From Sphaeroforma arctica JP610 (taxonomy: Eukaryota): 64,000 nt of DNA. Positions 36,601 through 51,627 of this stretch are shown here, one piece after another. The position numbers and the translations under genes were made by a program. Where the stretch lies: the NCBI RefSeq assembly GCF_001186125.1, contig NW_014040345.1, positions 48,536-112,535 of the forward strand, given 5' to 3'. The notes beneath the pieces are model-generated. The model saw nothing but the letters and a program-made list of their open reading frames with translations. It was not told the DNA's origin and made no database searches. Each line of letters starts with the position of its first letter. Position 1 is the stretch's first letter.

Positions 36601-39600
36601 TAGGCAACTGGTCAGTTTATGTTTTTTTTAACAACTCAACATTCAAATAAATATGAACGGTGTACTACAATCATTCAACACTTCTACTCACACTTCTCGG
36701 ATATTATGACATGTATAGATATAAACACAAGCTACAGCTAATAGCATTAACAATGAATGTAATGTATTATCCAGGGTCCATACATCCCATCCCCATAACA
36801 AAGAGCATCGCATGAAGAGTTATTGGGAATGGCTTACCGCTTCCGTTTTGTTCATTGACGATAGCAACACTACGTTGTTGTCTTCCAGATTGGTGATTTG
36901 TTCGAGTAATCGTACATTGTGTTCTTGCACTTCATAATAGGATTTGCTGATAGATTCCATTTCGTTCATGAAAATAGTTATTTCTTCATCCTGTGCGTAG
37001 ATACGAAAGAAAATATGAGTGAATATGTACAGTATGTAAATGGTTTTAAGTAAAGCCATATGAGAGTTGTGCTTAATTGCTAGAAAAAATACACTTAGAA
37101 CTACATGATGTCGTATAAATTATATATATACACATGAACATACACATACAAATACATAATATGAACATTCACATAAAACTACATTATGTCGTATAAATTA
37201 TATACATTTACATGAACATACACTTAGAGCTACATGATATATGTATAAATCAAATATATACATGAACATACACAGAAATACATATTGTACGTACTTAAAA
37301 TTCATTAGACTTCACATATCCAAATATAGGCAGGTGTCAATCGGGTTGGGAGCCTTAGGTGTTCTGAATGGGAACAGCTGAGTTTTCACTTCCTACCAAC
37401 AAAACACAAAGTGATGGCCAATGATCACGTGCATCGCAGTTTTACTATGTGTAGATAGATTTCCTGGTAACTCTCTTTGAAACGAGCCTCTGAGGACCAA
37501 CCACTTCTAGTCGCATATAATATATACACAATGTTTGATGTAGCGTAGCTATACCCAAGTCGTACTGCTGATTGAAAGTGAGTGAGTGAGTGAGCACGCC
37601 TATTGCCTTGTGGGCACCTTTAATGCATTTGCAGAGGGTTGAGTCACGGTACCTTGTCCTGGATGGTCTGTTTGAGGGCCTTTTCGGTGGCCTTGTCGAG
37701 TTTGCCTGAGCCCCTGTCCCTCTCCTCCTCCTTACATTTGTACAGTCGTTTCTTGAGATCATTGACCTGGTCTATTAATTTGCGCTCGGCCACCAGAGCG
37801 TCGCGCGTGCTGTCCTTGAGTTTAGATGTCGACTTATAGACAGTCAACAACGTGTTTACTTCGTTTACCTACAGTACACGGCAGAGTACACCAGAGCACA
37901 GATGACATGAGAAAAATACAAGCACACGTGGCGAGAATAAGCACATGCATTGTTAGAACAAAGCAATGAACACATGTTATGAGAAAGAGACAAATGACAG
38001 ATATCATGAGACATTTCACAGCTGTCTGGCGAAGACTGTTGGCAGATGATAGCAATACATGATCAACAGTACATACGCATACGTTGGCCCACGGGTACAA
38101 AGTGGACTATTGTCCGAGGATAGCAATACATGACCAACAGTACATACGCATACGTTAGCCCACGGGTCCACATGGAAATAGACTATTGTCAGAGGATAGC
38201 AATACATGATCAACAGTACATACGTACACGTAGTCCCTTGGGTACACATGGAAATGGACAATTGCCCGAGGATAGCAATACATGAACAACAGTACATCGC
38301 ACACGTTGGCTCACGGGTACACATGGAAATGGACTATTGTCAGAGGATAGCAATACATGACCAACAGTACATACGCATACGTTAGCCCACGGGTCCACAT
38401 GGAAATAGACTATTGTCAGAGGATAGCAAAACATGAACAACAGTACACACGCATATGTTGGCCCACGGGTACACATGGAAATGGACCATTGTTTGTACAA
38501 CACATATGATACCTGCGCCGACAAAATGAAACAGCACACCCAAGTGCACCCATCTACACACCAGTAATCCGTACACATGCGGAGACATGCACATATATGC
38601 CCATGCGCAAGTATACATTCGGGTAGTGCTGACACTAGCGGCAATAAATGCAATAAAACAGTCATTAATCCAGATATCCATTGACATATCTATATATTTG
38701 AGCATATTTTTCATTATAAAACCAACAAAAATCTAGTCAAAACATCATATGAGTATACAAACGAGTTTGGACTAACACACCAATGCAAACATGATAATTA
38801 TTCAGAATGAGCGTAGAGATATATAAGTGACACTACACATACCTAGAGTTAGGTTTCTACAATATAAATACGCTTGATATTTTAGACAACAAATATACGC
38901 AGACGCCGAGGAACTCACAAGCATAAATCCACCAATGGGAGACCATTGGAGTGCTGGTACGCATGTAGATGTACCTTGTTCTTTTCTATTCGCAACTGCT
39001 CCTGCAGCTTCTCTATCTCTCGCGATGATGCGCTGGCGCTGCCACTGGCACGCGATTGGTCTTTACTATTACTATTTGTGGTGCTGGTGGGTTTGCTGAG
39101 TTTGTCTTCTAATTCGGCATTCTTCTTCTCTTTGCTTTCACGCGTCTTTTGTAAGTCGCTCATCATTATGTTGGTGGCAGACTGCACGTCCAGTACAAAC
39201 ACTTGTTAGTCAGAAAATATGGTATGCAAGTGTACACAAACATGGGATAAACCATACATATTACACGAGATTGCAATATACAGAAAACAGGGTATTGAAA
39301 TATACAGAAAATATGGGATGAAATATACAGATAACATCTGACAAAATACACTGATAATATTTGCTAAAATAAACAGATAACATTTGATGAAATATACAGA
39401 CAACATGTGATAAATAAAATTCAGATAACATAGTGATGGAAAATACAGAAAACATGTACTGGAAAATACAGATAACATGGGATTAAAAACAAAGACAATA
39501 AGGGATGAAGTATACAGATAACATGGGATTAAATATTAAAAAAGGGATGAAGTATACAGATCTTATACTAACGCGTGGCGTGTAATCATGCCGTACATTA

Positions 39601-42600
39601 GAACGTATGTCTTTAGTGAACATTAACTGGTCTGAATGGCAAATCTTCGCAGCGAAAAGATTTATTTTCATATCCCCTGACAATAACAGACTGTGCTACG
39701 CAGCATCCGGTTGGGCATGGCATTGGGGTGTCGCATTGGCGCTCGCTCCTGATTACACGGTTGTACATATTTGTCACGTAGGCCACCCACGCCTTGTTGC
39801 CGCCAACGCGCGGGCGGAAAGTTGTTTTTAACAACACAAGAGTTATTAAATACAGTCGGAACCAACATAAAGCTACCTGCAAGCCCTTCACAACGGACAC
39901 ACACAAACAAATACTCAAGATATAAATTCCCGACAAATGTACGCGATGCATAAATGCGAATGCAGATGACTGCTTGTACGCATTTGCTATGCAGGTTGGC
40001 GCTTACTCACCTGCATGCTCTTGATCAGGTCTGTGGTGGCTGTCTTGGTGAATTCGGCCTGCTTGGTGTGTGTCAGCTGTTCGCAATTCCTCCTGAACTT
40101 GTCGCGTTCCTGGCGGCACAGAGCCATCTCTTGCTCGTGCTGGAGTATTTCCTTTGCATGTTTCTCACGCAAGTCCATCAACGCAACCTGCCACAGGAGA
40201 ACCAACACAAACCACCATGAGAAACTAATAATGCACGGCCCATGAGAAACTAACAATACAGAAAACAGGCGAACCATTACAAACAACCATGAGAAACTAA
40301 TAATACACAAAACAGGCGAACCATTACAAACAACCATGAGAAACTAATAATACACAAAACAGGCGAACCTATACAAACAACCATGAGAAACTAATAATAC
40401 ACAAAACAGGCGAACCATTACAAACAACCATGAGAAACTAATAATACACAAAAACAGGAGAACCTATACAAACAACCATGAGAAACTAATAATACACAAA
40501 AACAGGAGAACCTATACAAACAACCATGAGAAACTAATAATACACAAATCTAGAGCACCAATACAAACCACCATGGGAAACTAACAATACACAAAACAGG
40601 AGAACCACCACAAAAAATAATAATACACAGACCATGAGAAACTAATGATACACAAATCTGGAGCACCAACACAAACCACCATGAGAAACAAATGACGTAA
40701 CACAAAACAGGAGAAAATCCACAAACCACCATGAGAAACCAATTACGTATCATGGGTCAGGTTTGTTTGTGTGTGCGTGAGTTCTACGGGGCGAAGAAAT
40801 TTAATTTAATTTTTAAGACCAAGACTCATGATCCTTGAAATACCATATCAGCAACAGCAAATAATGCAACACAACATGAGAATCACCCTCTCTCACACAT
40901 TATATACGCAGATCCACACACCTCGCCCATTTCAAAGTCGGTGCGTCGGTTGGTGGTCATCTGCTGCACTTCGGTCTGGGCGCGCTCGTATGTGCGCGTG
41001 AGATCGGTTAGCTGCTTGGACACCGCCGCCAACTGCGCCAGCACCACGCGATACCTGGGACTGCCCGTGATCTGCTTCTCCGGTACTTTCACCACCCGCA
41101 GCCTGTCCAATTCCGTCATGATTTTGGACCGTTCTGTCCTCAGTTGTTCTATCTCGGCTAGGCGTTTGGCACTCTCTTGCAGAGCGTCTGTGTATTTCTG
41201 CTGCATTTCGTCGGAGGCGAGAGTAGCAGTGTCGCTGCCCGTCTTCGTGTCTGTGTGGCGCAAGTAAAACCACAGATAAGCTGAATACAGCGAGTACAAG
41301 TGTATCAAGTCATCGACAGGGATAGTTATGGAGGGCAAGGATTCACACCCACACACATGAATATTACTCAAATAAAACATACCATACTGAGTTAATGATA
41401 CCGAACAGACTTATCCCCAATACGCAAAGCAGAGAGGGCACGTGTACCTCGAAAAAGAAAGTGACAGCCCCTACAAAGAACATCTAATAACACTTGTCAA
41501 TGCAACCATATGCTTGCGTAAGCGATATCACACGCTGCTGAGAGCGGACAGCTATCATCCACACGCATATAAACTGCCTAGGATGCGTATTTGATAGTCC
41601 GCGAGTGTGTCTCCCTATCTTGCAACGTGTTCGTCTGGTGTAAACCATAAACCATTACCACAACACTCTTCTGCTGCTGTGCATCACTCTGTAATGACGC
41701 TTCAGCTGTCCTTTTGTCATGCTACTAGTTAACCGATGCCGTATTGTGCTGCTGTTCATAGGTATGATCTTACCGTGGACTGTATTAATATGCTGTGTCC
41801 ATTATGGCTGTCTTTTGTTCTTGTTGTTATTTTGCGTGTGAGGTGTAGTCGTACTGCGCAACTACCACACAAACACACGCAACCATGCTGTGCTATAGTG
41901 CGTTGAGGGGCCTATTGATTCGAAACCCAATACACAGAGTATCGTGCCTTGTCGCACAGAGCCACTACTGTGGTGTGCAATGGAGACCACGTGCTTGCCG
42001 AGACGCCATGTTGCGGCACCAGTCGCTACATAACTCGCCCGCCCAGACATTTGAGATGGCCTACTGACCGCATGTCTATAACACCATGTCCGCAAGTGCC
42101 TCGTCACATGTGCAGGCAGCTGTAGTGTGTTGTCTGTGCGCTTTGGTTGGCACTGTCGGGCGTGGTGTGCCATTGCCTTCCCTTGTGTTGCACGGTGTCA
42201 TGTAGACGGCTAGTTGCGGCCTTCCCGCAGTGTGTCTTGGGGTACTTCTTTGCCCACCGCATTTCTCTTTTGTCGTGGGATTTCTTTTATTTGTTGTATT
42301 GTTTTGTCCAATGTGTTTCCATGTTATGTGTATGTTGCGCGATGTAATGTGTTGATGTCGATGTTGTATTGTGGTGTGTTGATTTGTGTTCTCTGGTACG
42401 TATGACGCATAGTCTTGACCACAGAAATTCGATACTGCACAGCTCCGTTGAATGACAATCATTCGTTTTAGGGTTTTGGGTTAAAACCCTAAAACGGCCG
42501 AAATCCACACAACACGAATATACACACTTGAAATACTGACAGCGAGAATATACTGCGCCATGAAGCCCAGCTATTGAGATCACAATGTAATGCACATATA

Positions 42601-45600
42601 GTCCGCATCAGTCGAATGCGCAACACACGAGTACATACTTTCGGGAGCCTTGTAAATAGAAACACACGCAAGCAATTAAAACACGCTGTCCCCGCGCACA
42701 CGTTTCTGTACACACACATACACACAAGAATATTGGCACGTGTTTGCTACACACGCACACGCGTACCTTTGGTGTCGACATCGGCGTTGTCGTGCTTGAT
42801 TGCGCGTGCATCGGCGTCGTGCTTGGCCTGCGTGTCGCGTTCCCTGCCTCTGGCGTCGGCGTCATCCTTGATCTGCTGCGTGAGCTTCCTGACCTGTCGG
42901 TACAGCGTCTCCTTCTCGTCCAGCAGAGTGTCTATGCGCTGCTCATACCCTTCCTTGCCGTTTTCGGCGGCCGTGGTGACCTCTCTGACGCGGTGCAGCT
43001 CTTCTATGGCGTGGCGTGTCTTGGCCTCAAACGCGTTGACTTGCTCGCGCAGTGTGCGGTTGTGGGTGTGTAGTTGTTCGTTGTCTTTGCGGATGGTATC
43101 GAATGCCTCAGCGTCTTCAAATTGTTCCCGTAGCAGCTCGTACAGCTTGTAGTTGGCCAGCGACTGCTCCTCTATCTGTGTGATGATCTGCGCCACAAGG
43201 TCACGACTCGCGGTGCATTTACCTGCAAGGAACGACACAGAGGTAGGATATACTAGTCAACAACAGCGCAGAGGAAGTACACACATGCACAACCAGTGCG
43301 ACGCATACATCACAAATCTATGCAGATCTATGCAGGGACTAGCATAGGGTGTGCGAGCTATATATATACGCACATGTATCGCTTGGTAACTCCGCAGTAA
43401 TGCAGCTGTTGTATATGGCGTACAGTGAATAAGTATTCATCTGCACTGGAAACGACGCAGCAAAGCTGCCATGCCATATATATAAATAACAACATAACCC
43501 CAAATACCAGTGTACCACGAAGCACCCTAGAAAAAAAAAGTATACATCTGTATACATATAGCTTCACGCAAGTACACATATACGTCCATATATGTTTAAA
43601 AACCATGCACGACAACACACAATGTATGCACCAATCTATTTCCTAACACCATATGATCTTTGTTGTACTCTTTCGTGTGCTGGACGGCCTGCTAGTCGTC
43701 ACCGTAAACACTAACAGCGCCCTCATGCACACACAGAACTATCAGCACCCGACTGCAGACGCAGGTGTTAGTAGCTGCCCGTGCCGTGTATTCCCGTCTA
43801 CAGTCTTTCGCTGGGGTGTTCTACGCATGCGATGTTTGCTGCCTATATCCGTCGTTTGCCCCTCGTTCGCTGCGTGTGACTCCCCGTGTTCACTATTTTC
43901 ACTATATATAGCCCGTGATGTATCCTGTACTTTGCGCCACCCAATTTTTAACAGCAGTATATGCTGCGCATCAACATATCCAATCCCCCCCGGGCGGAGT
44001 CTGCATCACCTATGGACGACATCTCTGCGGTCAGGGTTCACCTCTCGTGCGTGCCCTGCTACGTTCACTCGGTGTGCTGTCTGTGCTGCCGTATGCCTGA
44101 GTGCCCATACGCATCTGTCGCATACTTTCATGACAATGCTTCTATTGCCATACTCAGTTTTAACCCTAAACCCTAATCGATCTCCGTTCTTTGAGCCCCA
44201 CACAGTCACAGATGCCTCTTTCAGACTACTGCGTCAGCCTTTGCGTACGACAATACACACCAACTCTCGGGATGTCCCACACGTAAGTAGTATGTCACCT
44301 CGGGGTGGCGTATGCGCCGTTGTTGTCTCATTACTATGCCAACATCGGCTAGAGATGTGCCCAAGACCGTTGCGTGCTGCTCTTCTCGGCCAAGCTAACA
44401 CAGTCAGGTGAATGCGACACACACCGCTGTGTGCATTTGTTGCCAGTATCGCTCACTCCGCCTTGTGAAGTAGTGTGCAGTAGTTTCTCATCCGCCGTGT
44501 TGTGTGTATATGTGCATGTCATCGGAATGTATAATAGGTTCCGTGTCCCGCTGGTTGCATTCGATGTTCTTTCGCACATTGTGGAGACGTGTCATTACTC
44601 CTTAGACGTAGAAGCTGTCAGTGCAAGCTCTTATACCAACAAGCACCGATGAAACACCGAATACTATATATATATATATATAACACATTGGTTAGCTACA
44701 CGAATCCATACACATTCCAAACACCATTGACGGCAACACTATTATGCAGCAAAACTATACCAACAACAACACGCGCTCATACACTGAATACAGGTACCAT
44801 CGCATCTGACATAGACCACTCGCTTACCAAGCAACACGTCCTCTCGCATATTGTCTGTGCCTTCATGCAGCTTGAGCTCGCCAATGTACTTGCTGACGGC
44901 GTTGGAATACTTGTCTGGCTCCAGGTCTTCAGGCGTGGCCTTAGGATTGATTTTTGCGTATTGCGCTAACAGGTCCATGCTCAAGGATTCCCAGTGGCCT
45001 TCAATCACCCCCACGGCGTGTTCTAAACGGTTCACCTGTGGGTGAAATAAATCCATCCGATTCAAGTACCAACATGATCAGCACTCTACTAAACACTTAC
45101 ATCGTATTTGTAACCACATGTAATGGCCGAGGCGAATTAATTGAGAACTTCGTATTGAGTATTCGTTATAGTCGCCCCTCGTCAGCAGATGATTCATTGG
45201 ATATAGTTAAACGTAAACACACAGAGTGAGCCACCAACCAACCAAATCGATGCGAACACACGGTTCGTATACTGGTGCACTTGACTGATTGTCCACAAGC
45301 GCATTTACGACTAGTGCTGCGGCAGCCCACTGCAATTCACGGTGTATCGCCTGTTCACCTATATGCGAAACTCAGAAGATTCGGAGCGAGTGTATAAAAC
45401 TGATCACGTGAATAAAACTGATCACATGCAGTGTAAAAAACCGAACTACATATAGTTATTGTAAAAGCCGGATTGTACCAATGCTGTATAGCTGAATTCA
45501 TCGATGGTATCATCCTATCATTGCGGCAACGTAAAGCAAGTCAAACTATTGCACCGCCATCACACACGAAGGTTGAATCAACTACCTTCTTGACCTGCAT

Positions 45601-46020
45601 CTTGTACCGTGTCTCCGCTGCCTGTAACTCAGTTTTCTGGAATCCGATCTTTAATACCAGTTGCTTTTTCTTGTGTGTGCCGATGTCTATGCCCGCCCAT
45701 TCTTCTGGTTCCTCTGGGGTGGCGTCCTGGGGCATATCTTCCAGTCCAGTCACCGACCTACTACTCAGCTTGACTCTGTCTTCGCGCTTAACACCAGGTG
45801 CACCACTTTCACTTTTAACCTCGTGATTTACATCTCTCTTTTCTGCCGTGTTTGTGCTGGTTGAATTCTTTGCGTTCTTCTTCGATGCTGTAGGTGAGCT
45901 ACGCTTAGGAGAATTAGAACTACCACTCTGCGACATCATCAACGCGCGTTTGGAGGGGGGCATGTGCGAGAAGTCCGACCTCTCCCGCTTGCGAGGTGGA
46001 TCGCTCCCGGTACCCTCCAT
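33639..46020 (-). CDS. BRE1: BRE1 (RNF20/40-like) histone H2B E3 ubiquitin ligase, multi-exon
   Basis: Probable first exon 46020-45586 (MEGTGSDPPRKR). Coiled-coil exons near 45035-44780, 43222-42767, 41250-40922, 40188-40010, 39191-38974, 37833-37651, 36990-36838, 36375-36260, 36070-35940, 35729-35638 and 35166-35058 (approximate). RING exon 34441-34352 (CTLCKRRKKNTMLTKCQHVFCNVCI). Last exon 33725-33639 (RYESRQRKCPNCLDPFGAKDI, stop). GT-AG introns. Confidence 0.92.
38040..38490. repeat. Intronic minisatellite (~75-80 bp unit)
   Basis: Recurring GGATAGCAATACATGA.CAACAGTACATACGCATACGTT.GCCCACGGGT.CACATGGAAAT.GACTATTGTC. Confidence 0.9.
40195..40740. repeat. Intronic minisatellite (~50 bp unit) abutting a BRE1 splice acceptor
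   Basis: ACAAACAACCATGAGAAACTAATAATACACAAAACAGG repeated about 10 times. Confidence 0.9.
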
Positions 46021-47727
46021 AGCCAGTGCAGAGAACAACGCCACTCACTGCTATTGATGGCATGTACCTTGTATAGTTATGGTGGCGCCGTATTGTGTAG
46101 ATTCACATAATAATAACTGTCGGCGATGATGGCTTTCCCGTTGCACCTGACTGGAGTCTATTTTAGTTTTATTTATTTATTACTAGCCGAACCCTGAGCT
46201 CCCGTGAGTCCTGCGTCAAGAAGGGTGTGCTTGGTCTTGCGAAGGCTATTGCACCGCCGGAGACTGTCGGCGAGGTTTGCGATGTTTGCGGACGGCAAGT
46301 CTATTCCACACTGTATAGGGCGTTTATAGGCTGGCTCCTGATATGTGGTAGGCCGGTGGTATATAAACTCTCTGGGTTGTCGGCAAGGAAAACAGAGAGT
46401 ACGTAAATGGAGTCACTTGGCTTCCCATGGCTATGTTTTGCCTGAAAGAATAGATTTACGCCTTTTCGAAAAAACGTAATATTCATCAGCAGTTCGGTAT
46501 GTACTGAGGGCACCGGTTGAACTTCTTCGAGACCCCAAAGTTGTGACCTCCTTAAATTCCCGGCACTTATATTTCGGATTCAGATTTTATGTACTACTTT
46601 GGAGTACGTTTTCGCTTTCAGCGCTTTTTTTAAATAGTAGACCGGTACGATATGAATCGTGTAAATCATGAAAACGTATAGCAAAGAATATATTTTAGCA
46701 TTTTCAGTTTCTGTAGGTATTGCGACTGTGACGAATATTGTTTTACCCGCCACAGTCCACAGCTCTGCGCGGTTTTTTATATCACTGTCGTGTCAATTTT
46801 GGAATTCAGGGCAAAACCAACTATACCAAAAATTGGACCCCATGGCCCTAAATTTGTAGTGGATTGTATATAGATGTACTCTGCTGGTCCGTGATTTTCG
46901 GTCGAGTATTCTAAGTGCACTCCCGAAGTATCGTAGAAATGGTCCAGATATTGAAATGGGTGCAATTGTCTTTTTTGAATCTTTGGGTTTCTGCGGTGGC
47001 TAGTGGATCTTGATTGGCGAGCGCAGTCTAGCACTTTTCCCTGGACACAGCTTGAGCTGGACAGATGTGTGAACCGAATAGCGACCGATAATGCACACGT
47101 AATCTGAATATGCCAATAGCCTCCAGAAAGCGTCAACGCACTCTTACACATATCCATTACTTATAAATACAAATAGTTAACCGGTGTTGATTAATGCAGC
47201 AGACCGGAAACCCCTACCACGCGGAGAGTCGAGTTCACAATACTCCCATGGTACGTGCATCATTTCATACTGTCAGTGTTAGTGATACCTTATTTGCGTA
47301 TGTTCGTCCCTGTGTGATTATAGTGACAACTTCACTCATGTCTATATTACATGAAAAACAATTTTACCCCGACATAATTGACGTCAGGGCAACAAATGGG
47401 GTCATTGTAAATGGAACGGTTATTTATAGATACCGCCATTCTGGACTTAAGTACAGTTGTATTCAATTCTACCTCAGAATGACGTCGACGCCACAGCTTG
47501 CAACCCCACAGGGCGAATTATTATTTGCACAGCTCACCTGAATAGTATTGTAGGGCGTTCTTTATTGGCATGAACAATTACCACAACAGCAAGATTATTT
47601 AAAACTAACGATAAATGAATATACACACAGTCACACATGTAGACACAAACACACACACGCGCGCGCACACCATATATATATATATATATTTATACTTATA
47701 TATATATATACATACATACATATACAT

Positions 47728-47775
<48 letters not shown>

Positions 47776-48402
47776 TATTATTATATATATATATATATNN
47801 NNNNNNNNNNNNNNNNNNATATATATATAGTGACGAACGCAACTAGTTTGGCAACGAGTTTGAAATACGCATGTGAATGTATTTGCGGAGATCAGTTTGT
47901 TGTAGTCATATTGTGAAAGGCTGTGATTGTCGTACTGTACGTTGTATTTCGACAAACTGTCGTTAAAGTATTTCCCTTTGTAAAGTCAAGTACGCTGGCG
48001 TTTTTGCCGGCCATTGATACTTTTGGGTTCTCATATATTTCATGTACTGTTTCCAATTATTTATGCATGTCTAACTTCAAGTTCAATTGTTTACATTCGG
48101 GATTATACATACCCATATATTTATCATAGTTTATACTATATTTGGAGAGATTTATAACGTGCTAAGCTTTACGTATTCGAGGAACGTAAGTGTATCTATG
48201 TGCGTAGATTATTATTCTGTATCGCGAGCAGTGATAGCTGTCATAGTTGTGCTGATCGTTGCACTGTTTAAGCTGTAAAAATATTGTCAAGTACTATTGC
48301 GTGCTTTAGACAACACTTTCCAAGTACAAACAACATGCTCGTGTGCCAGGAATTTCAACAGGGTGCTTGCACTGACCTTTGTTTCGTTTATGTGTAATAC
48401 AG

Positions 48403-49417
48403 AGTCTTAAATAAGCTCACAGTAGACAACAAGGACAGACTTATCGACCAATTGCTGGAAGTCGGCCTCTTTAACATTGAAATCCTACAAGGCTTGGTAC
48501 ATCTGGTGAGTGGCTTGCCAACCGCATTTGCGATTCCGTTTGCCGCGTACTCGAGCACAAAGTATTGCCTCACTCGCATTTACTATTGCCTTTCCCATTC
48601 AATCGAGTGCGTCCTACCTGCAGGCGTGCGTATTTGTATATTTGCACACGCTGTACTGGCCCCTGACTTGTGCACGGATTCTCTATTTGTCAGTCGCGGG
48701 TGCTGTTGGGGTACTAACAGGCCTTGTGAATGGTGCATCCATTGTTGTCACAGATCTTTGCCAAAGCATGCGACGAACCACACTTCAGTCCGCTTTATGC
48801 GGACATTTGCGTCGAGCTCGCGAAGAAGGTTCCCAACTTCGATGTTTCCGATAGATCCGGGCCGGTATGTCATGAGCTATTATAACGCAATGTGGGTTTA
48901 CCATTTCTCGAACCATTATCATCTGAGGCGATATGAATAATTTACCTTTTTGTATGGGATAATCCCACTTCTCGACCCTTGTTCATCTTTATTTTCCCAA
49001 GGACCAGTACACGTGGCTTTCAAAAACCACTTACACACCACATACCCCTGATATACGCCACAGACCTTCAAGCGATTGATTGTGAAGCGATGCGAGGAGA
49101 AGTTCTCGCGGCGGGCGGGCAATCTGAGTGAATTCGCAAAGAAAAAGGCCAATGGCGCACTCAGCGCTCAGGATGAGGAACGCCTGTTCTTGGTCAAGCG
49201 CAAGATGCTGGGCAACATCAAGTTCATTGGCGAACTGGGCAAGCAGCGTATGATCTCAGAGAAAATCTTACATCAGTGCATCACGCAGCTCTTGGCCAAG
49301 GTACTGTATGTGTGTCTACACATGCACACTTACACCATGTAGGTGTACTAAACACACTCACACGCACGCACACACACACACACATATANNNNNNNNNNNN
49401 NNNNNNNNACACGCACG

Positions 49418-49487
<70 letters not shown>

Positions 49488-51580
49488 CACACACACATAT
49501 ATATATATATATACTAGTCGACACACAGCACATGATTTAGGTGACTTGTGCACGATCTGAACAAAATTTGGAATAACTTAAATATATATGCCTATGACCA
49601 TTAGTCAACGTAGTCACACGCACTCTGCTTGCCTTGCTCAAGTGTCCTGTGTTGTCCATTTATGTCTGCCTTGTACTTGTGTTTGATCATTTTAGGGGCT
49701 ATGAATCTCCGGCTGTGATCAATTTTAGAGTCGTCACGCATTCAATAAATCTCGTCGCTTATGCGCACCTATGTTATTCATACCTACAGATGCAGCCACC
49801 AAACATCGACATCGATGATGTGGAGTGTTTGTGCAAATTGTTCGAGACAGTGGGGCTGATGCTGGACCATGAGAAGGCGGGCGAGTACATGGACACGTAC
49901 TTCAAGATCATTCAAGACCTCTCCATGCAGAAGGGTCTCCCCGCACGCATCACGTATGTCAGTTATGCTACGCGGTGGTCTTTTATATATCTGTGCTATC
50001 CGTTCGTGTTGCTTATCACCCGCGGGGTATAAACCCTGTGATGTGATATTTTATATATAGAGGTTGTTGGATTCTGTTCTGAAAAATGTGGAAAAATGAA
50101 CTTGAAATCCACTACACCGTGGGTGTACAACAATTTGACTCTGTGAAAGTGCGGCTAGACTAATGGGTATGGACCTTTGGTGAGCCTTGGGTAAAGCGAT
50201 TTCTACTGGACAGTGTCGTTACAGACAGTAGTGTATTTTCCTACCGAGCCTTGTTCAACCCCTGCGAGCGCGGGGTGGTCATGTTCATATCATAGTGGTT
50301 TAGATTGGGTTAAACTACATCGCATGCAGGTGCAATTTAAATCTTTATCGATATAATGTCGTTTGAGGAGTTCTTGAGCCAGCGCTTGGTTACATCAAAT
50401 AACAGGTCTCCGTGTTATGTTCACGTGGCGTCTTGGTATACATCTAGTGAGTCACACCACGTGTATGCAATCGTTCTGCCTAGTTCATCTTTGCTGTGAG
50501 GTTTATGGTCTTTTATTACCGTTCATTTCAATCTTATATGAAAATTTAGTGCTCCAGAATCTGTCTAGGTGTTAGTTGTAACTTAGAATTGCTTGTGATG
50601 TATGTATTTGCTCAACACCTGAACTTCCGCACGGGCCATCGTACTGCGCACACAGGTTCATGTTGCAGGATGTGGCGGATCTGCGCGCAAACAAATGGCA
50701 ACCCCGCAGGACCACCCAGGGCATGAAGACCATCAAGGACTTCCGCAAGCAGGTATGTCATGTACATGTGCAAATTGATGGCTGATGCAAGAAAAAAGAC
50801 CTATCACTTCTGTTTTAGAAGCGAAAGTGTGTATTCGTATGGATCAGCCCTTCCACCGGTGCGTTCTGATAAAAGTATGGGTCATCCGGTTTTCCATACA
50901 AGTACACACCTTGATGTCGTCTCATTACTAAACGCGTTTACTCATGGGTATGGGCTGGTATTGTTGTTAGCACCGTTGACCTCATACATTTAACGTTCTC
51001 TCGCTGTGCAGCACGGATGGGTGGAAACCAAGAACCCCAACAGCAAGGTTCGGTTTGAGAAAACTCCACAACATCAAAATAAGCCAGGCATGAACCAGCG
51101 CGGTGGCCATGGGGGAGGCATGTATGCGGGAGGCTTGGGAGGGGTCTATGGTGGGATGCCGCCCAACAGTCAGAACCGTCACCCCGGCAGTCAGTTCCCC
51201 AACGGACCTTTGATGTCACATAACATGAATGTGCACAACCAGAACAACAACCACGACAACGGCTCCATGTTCCGGTCCAAAGTACCGTTGCTATCCTCGC
51301 CATTAATGGAAAATGGGCAGAATCAGAGAGGCTTCAGTGGAGGCTTTATGAACCAGAACCACCAAGGTAACCATGGCAACTACAGTCAAGGTAATCATGG
51401 CAACTACTCTGGCAACGGTTATGGGGGCGGAACTCAGCATACACACGGCGCAGACGACCTGGAGCAATTGCGCAATCTGAAACTCCGGAAAGACACCGCT
51501 GCCAAGCAAGTATGGCCTATATGTATATGTATATATATATATATACACACACACACATATATATAAATACATATAAATAT

Positions 51581-51627
<47 letters not shown>

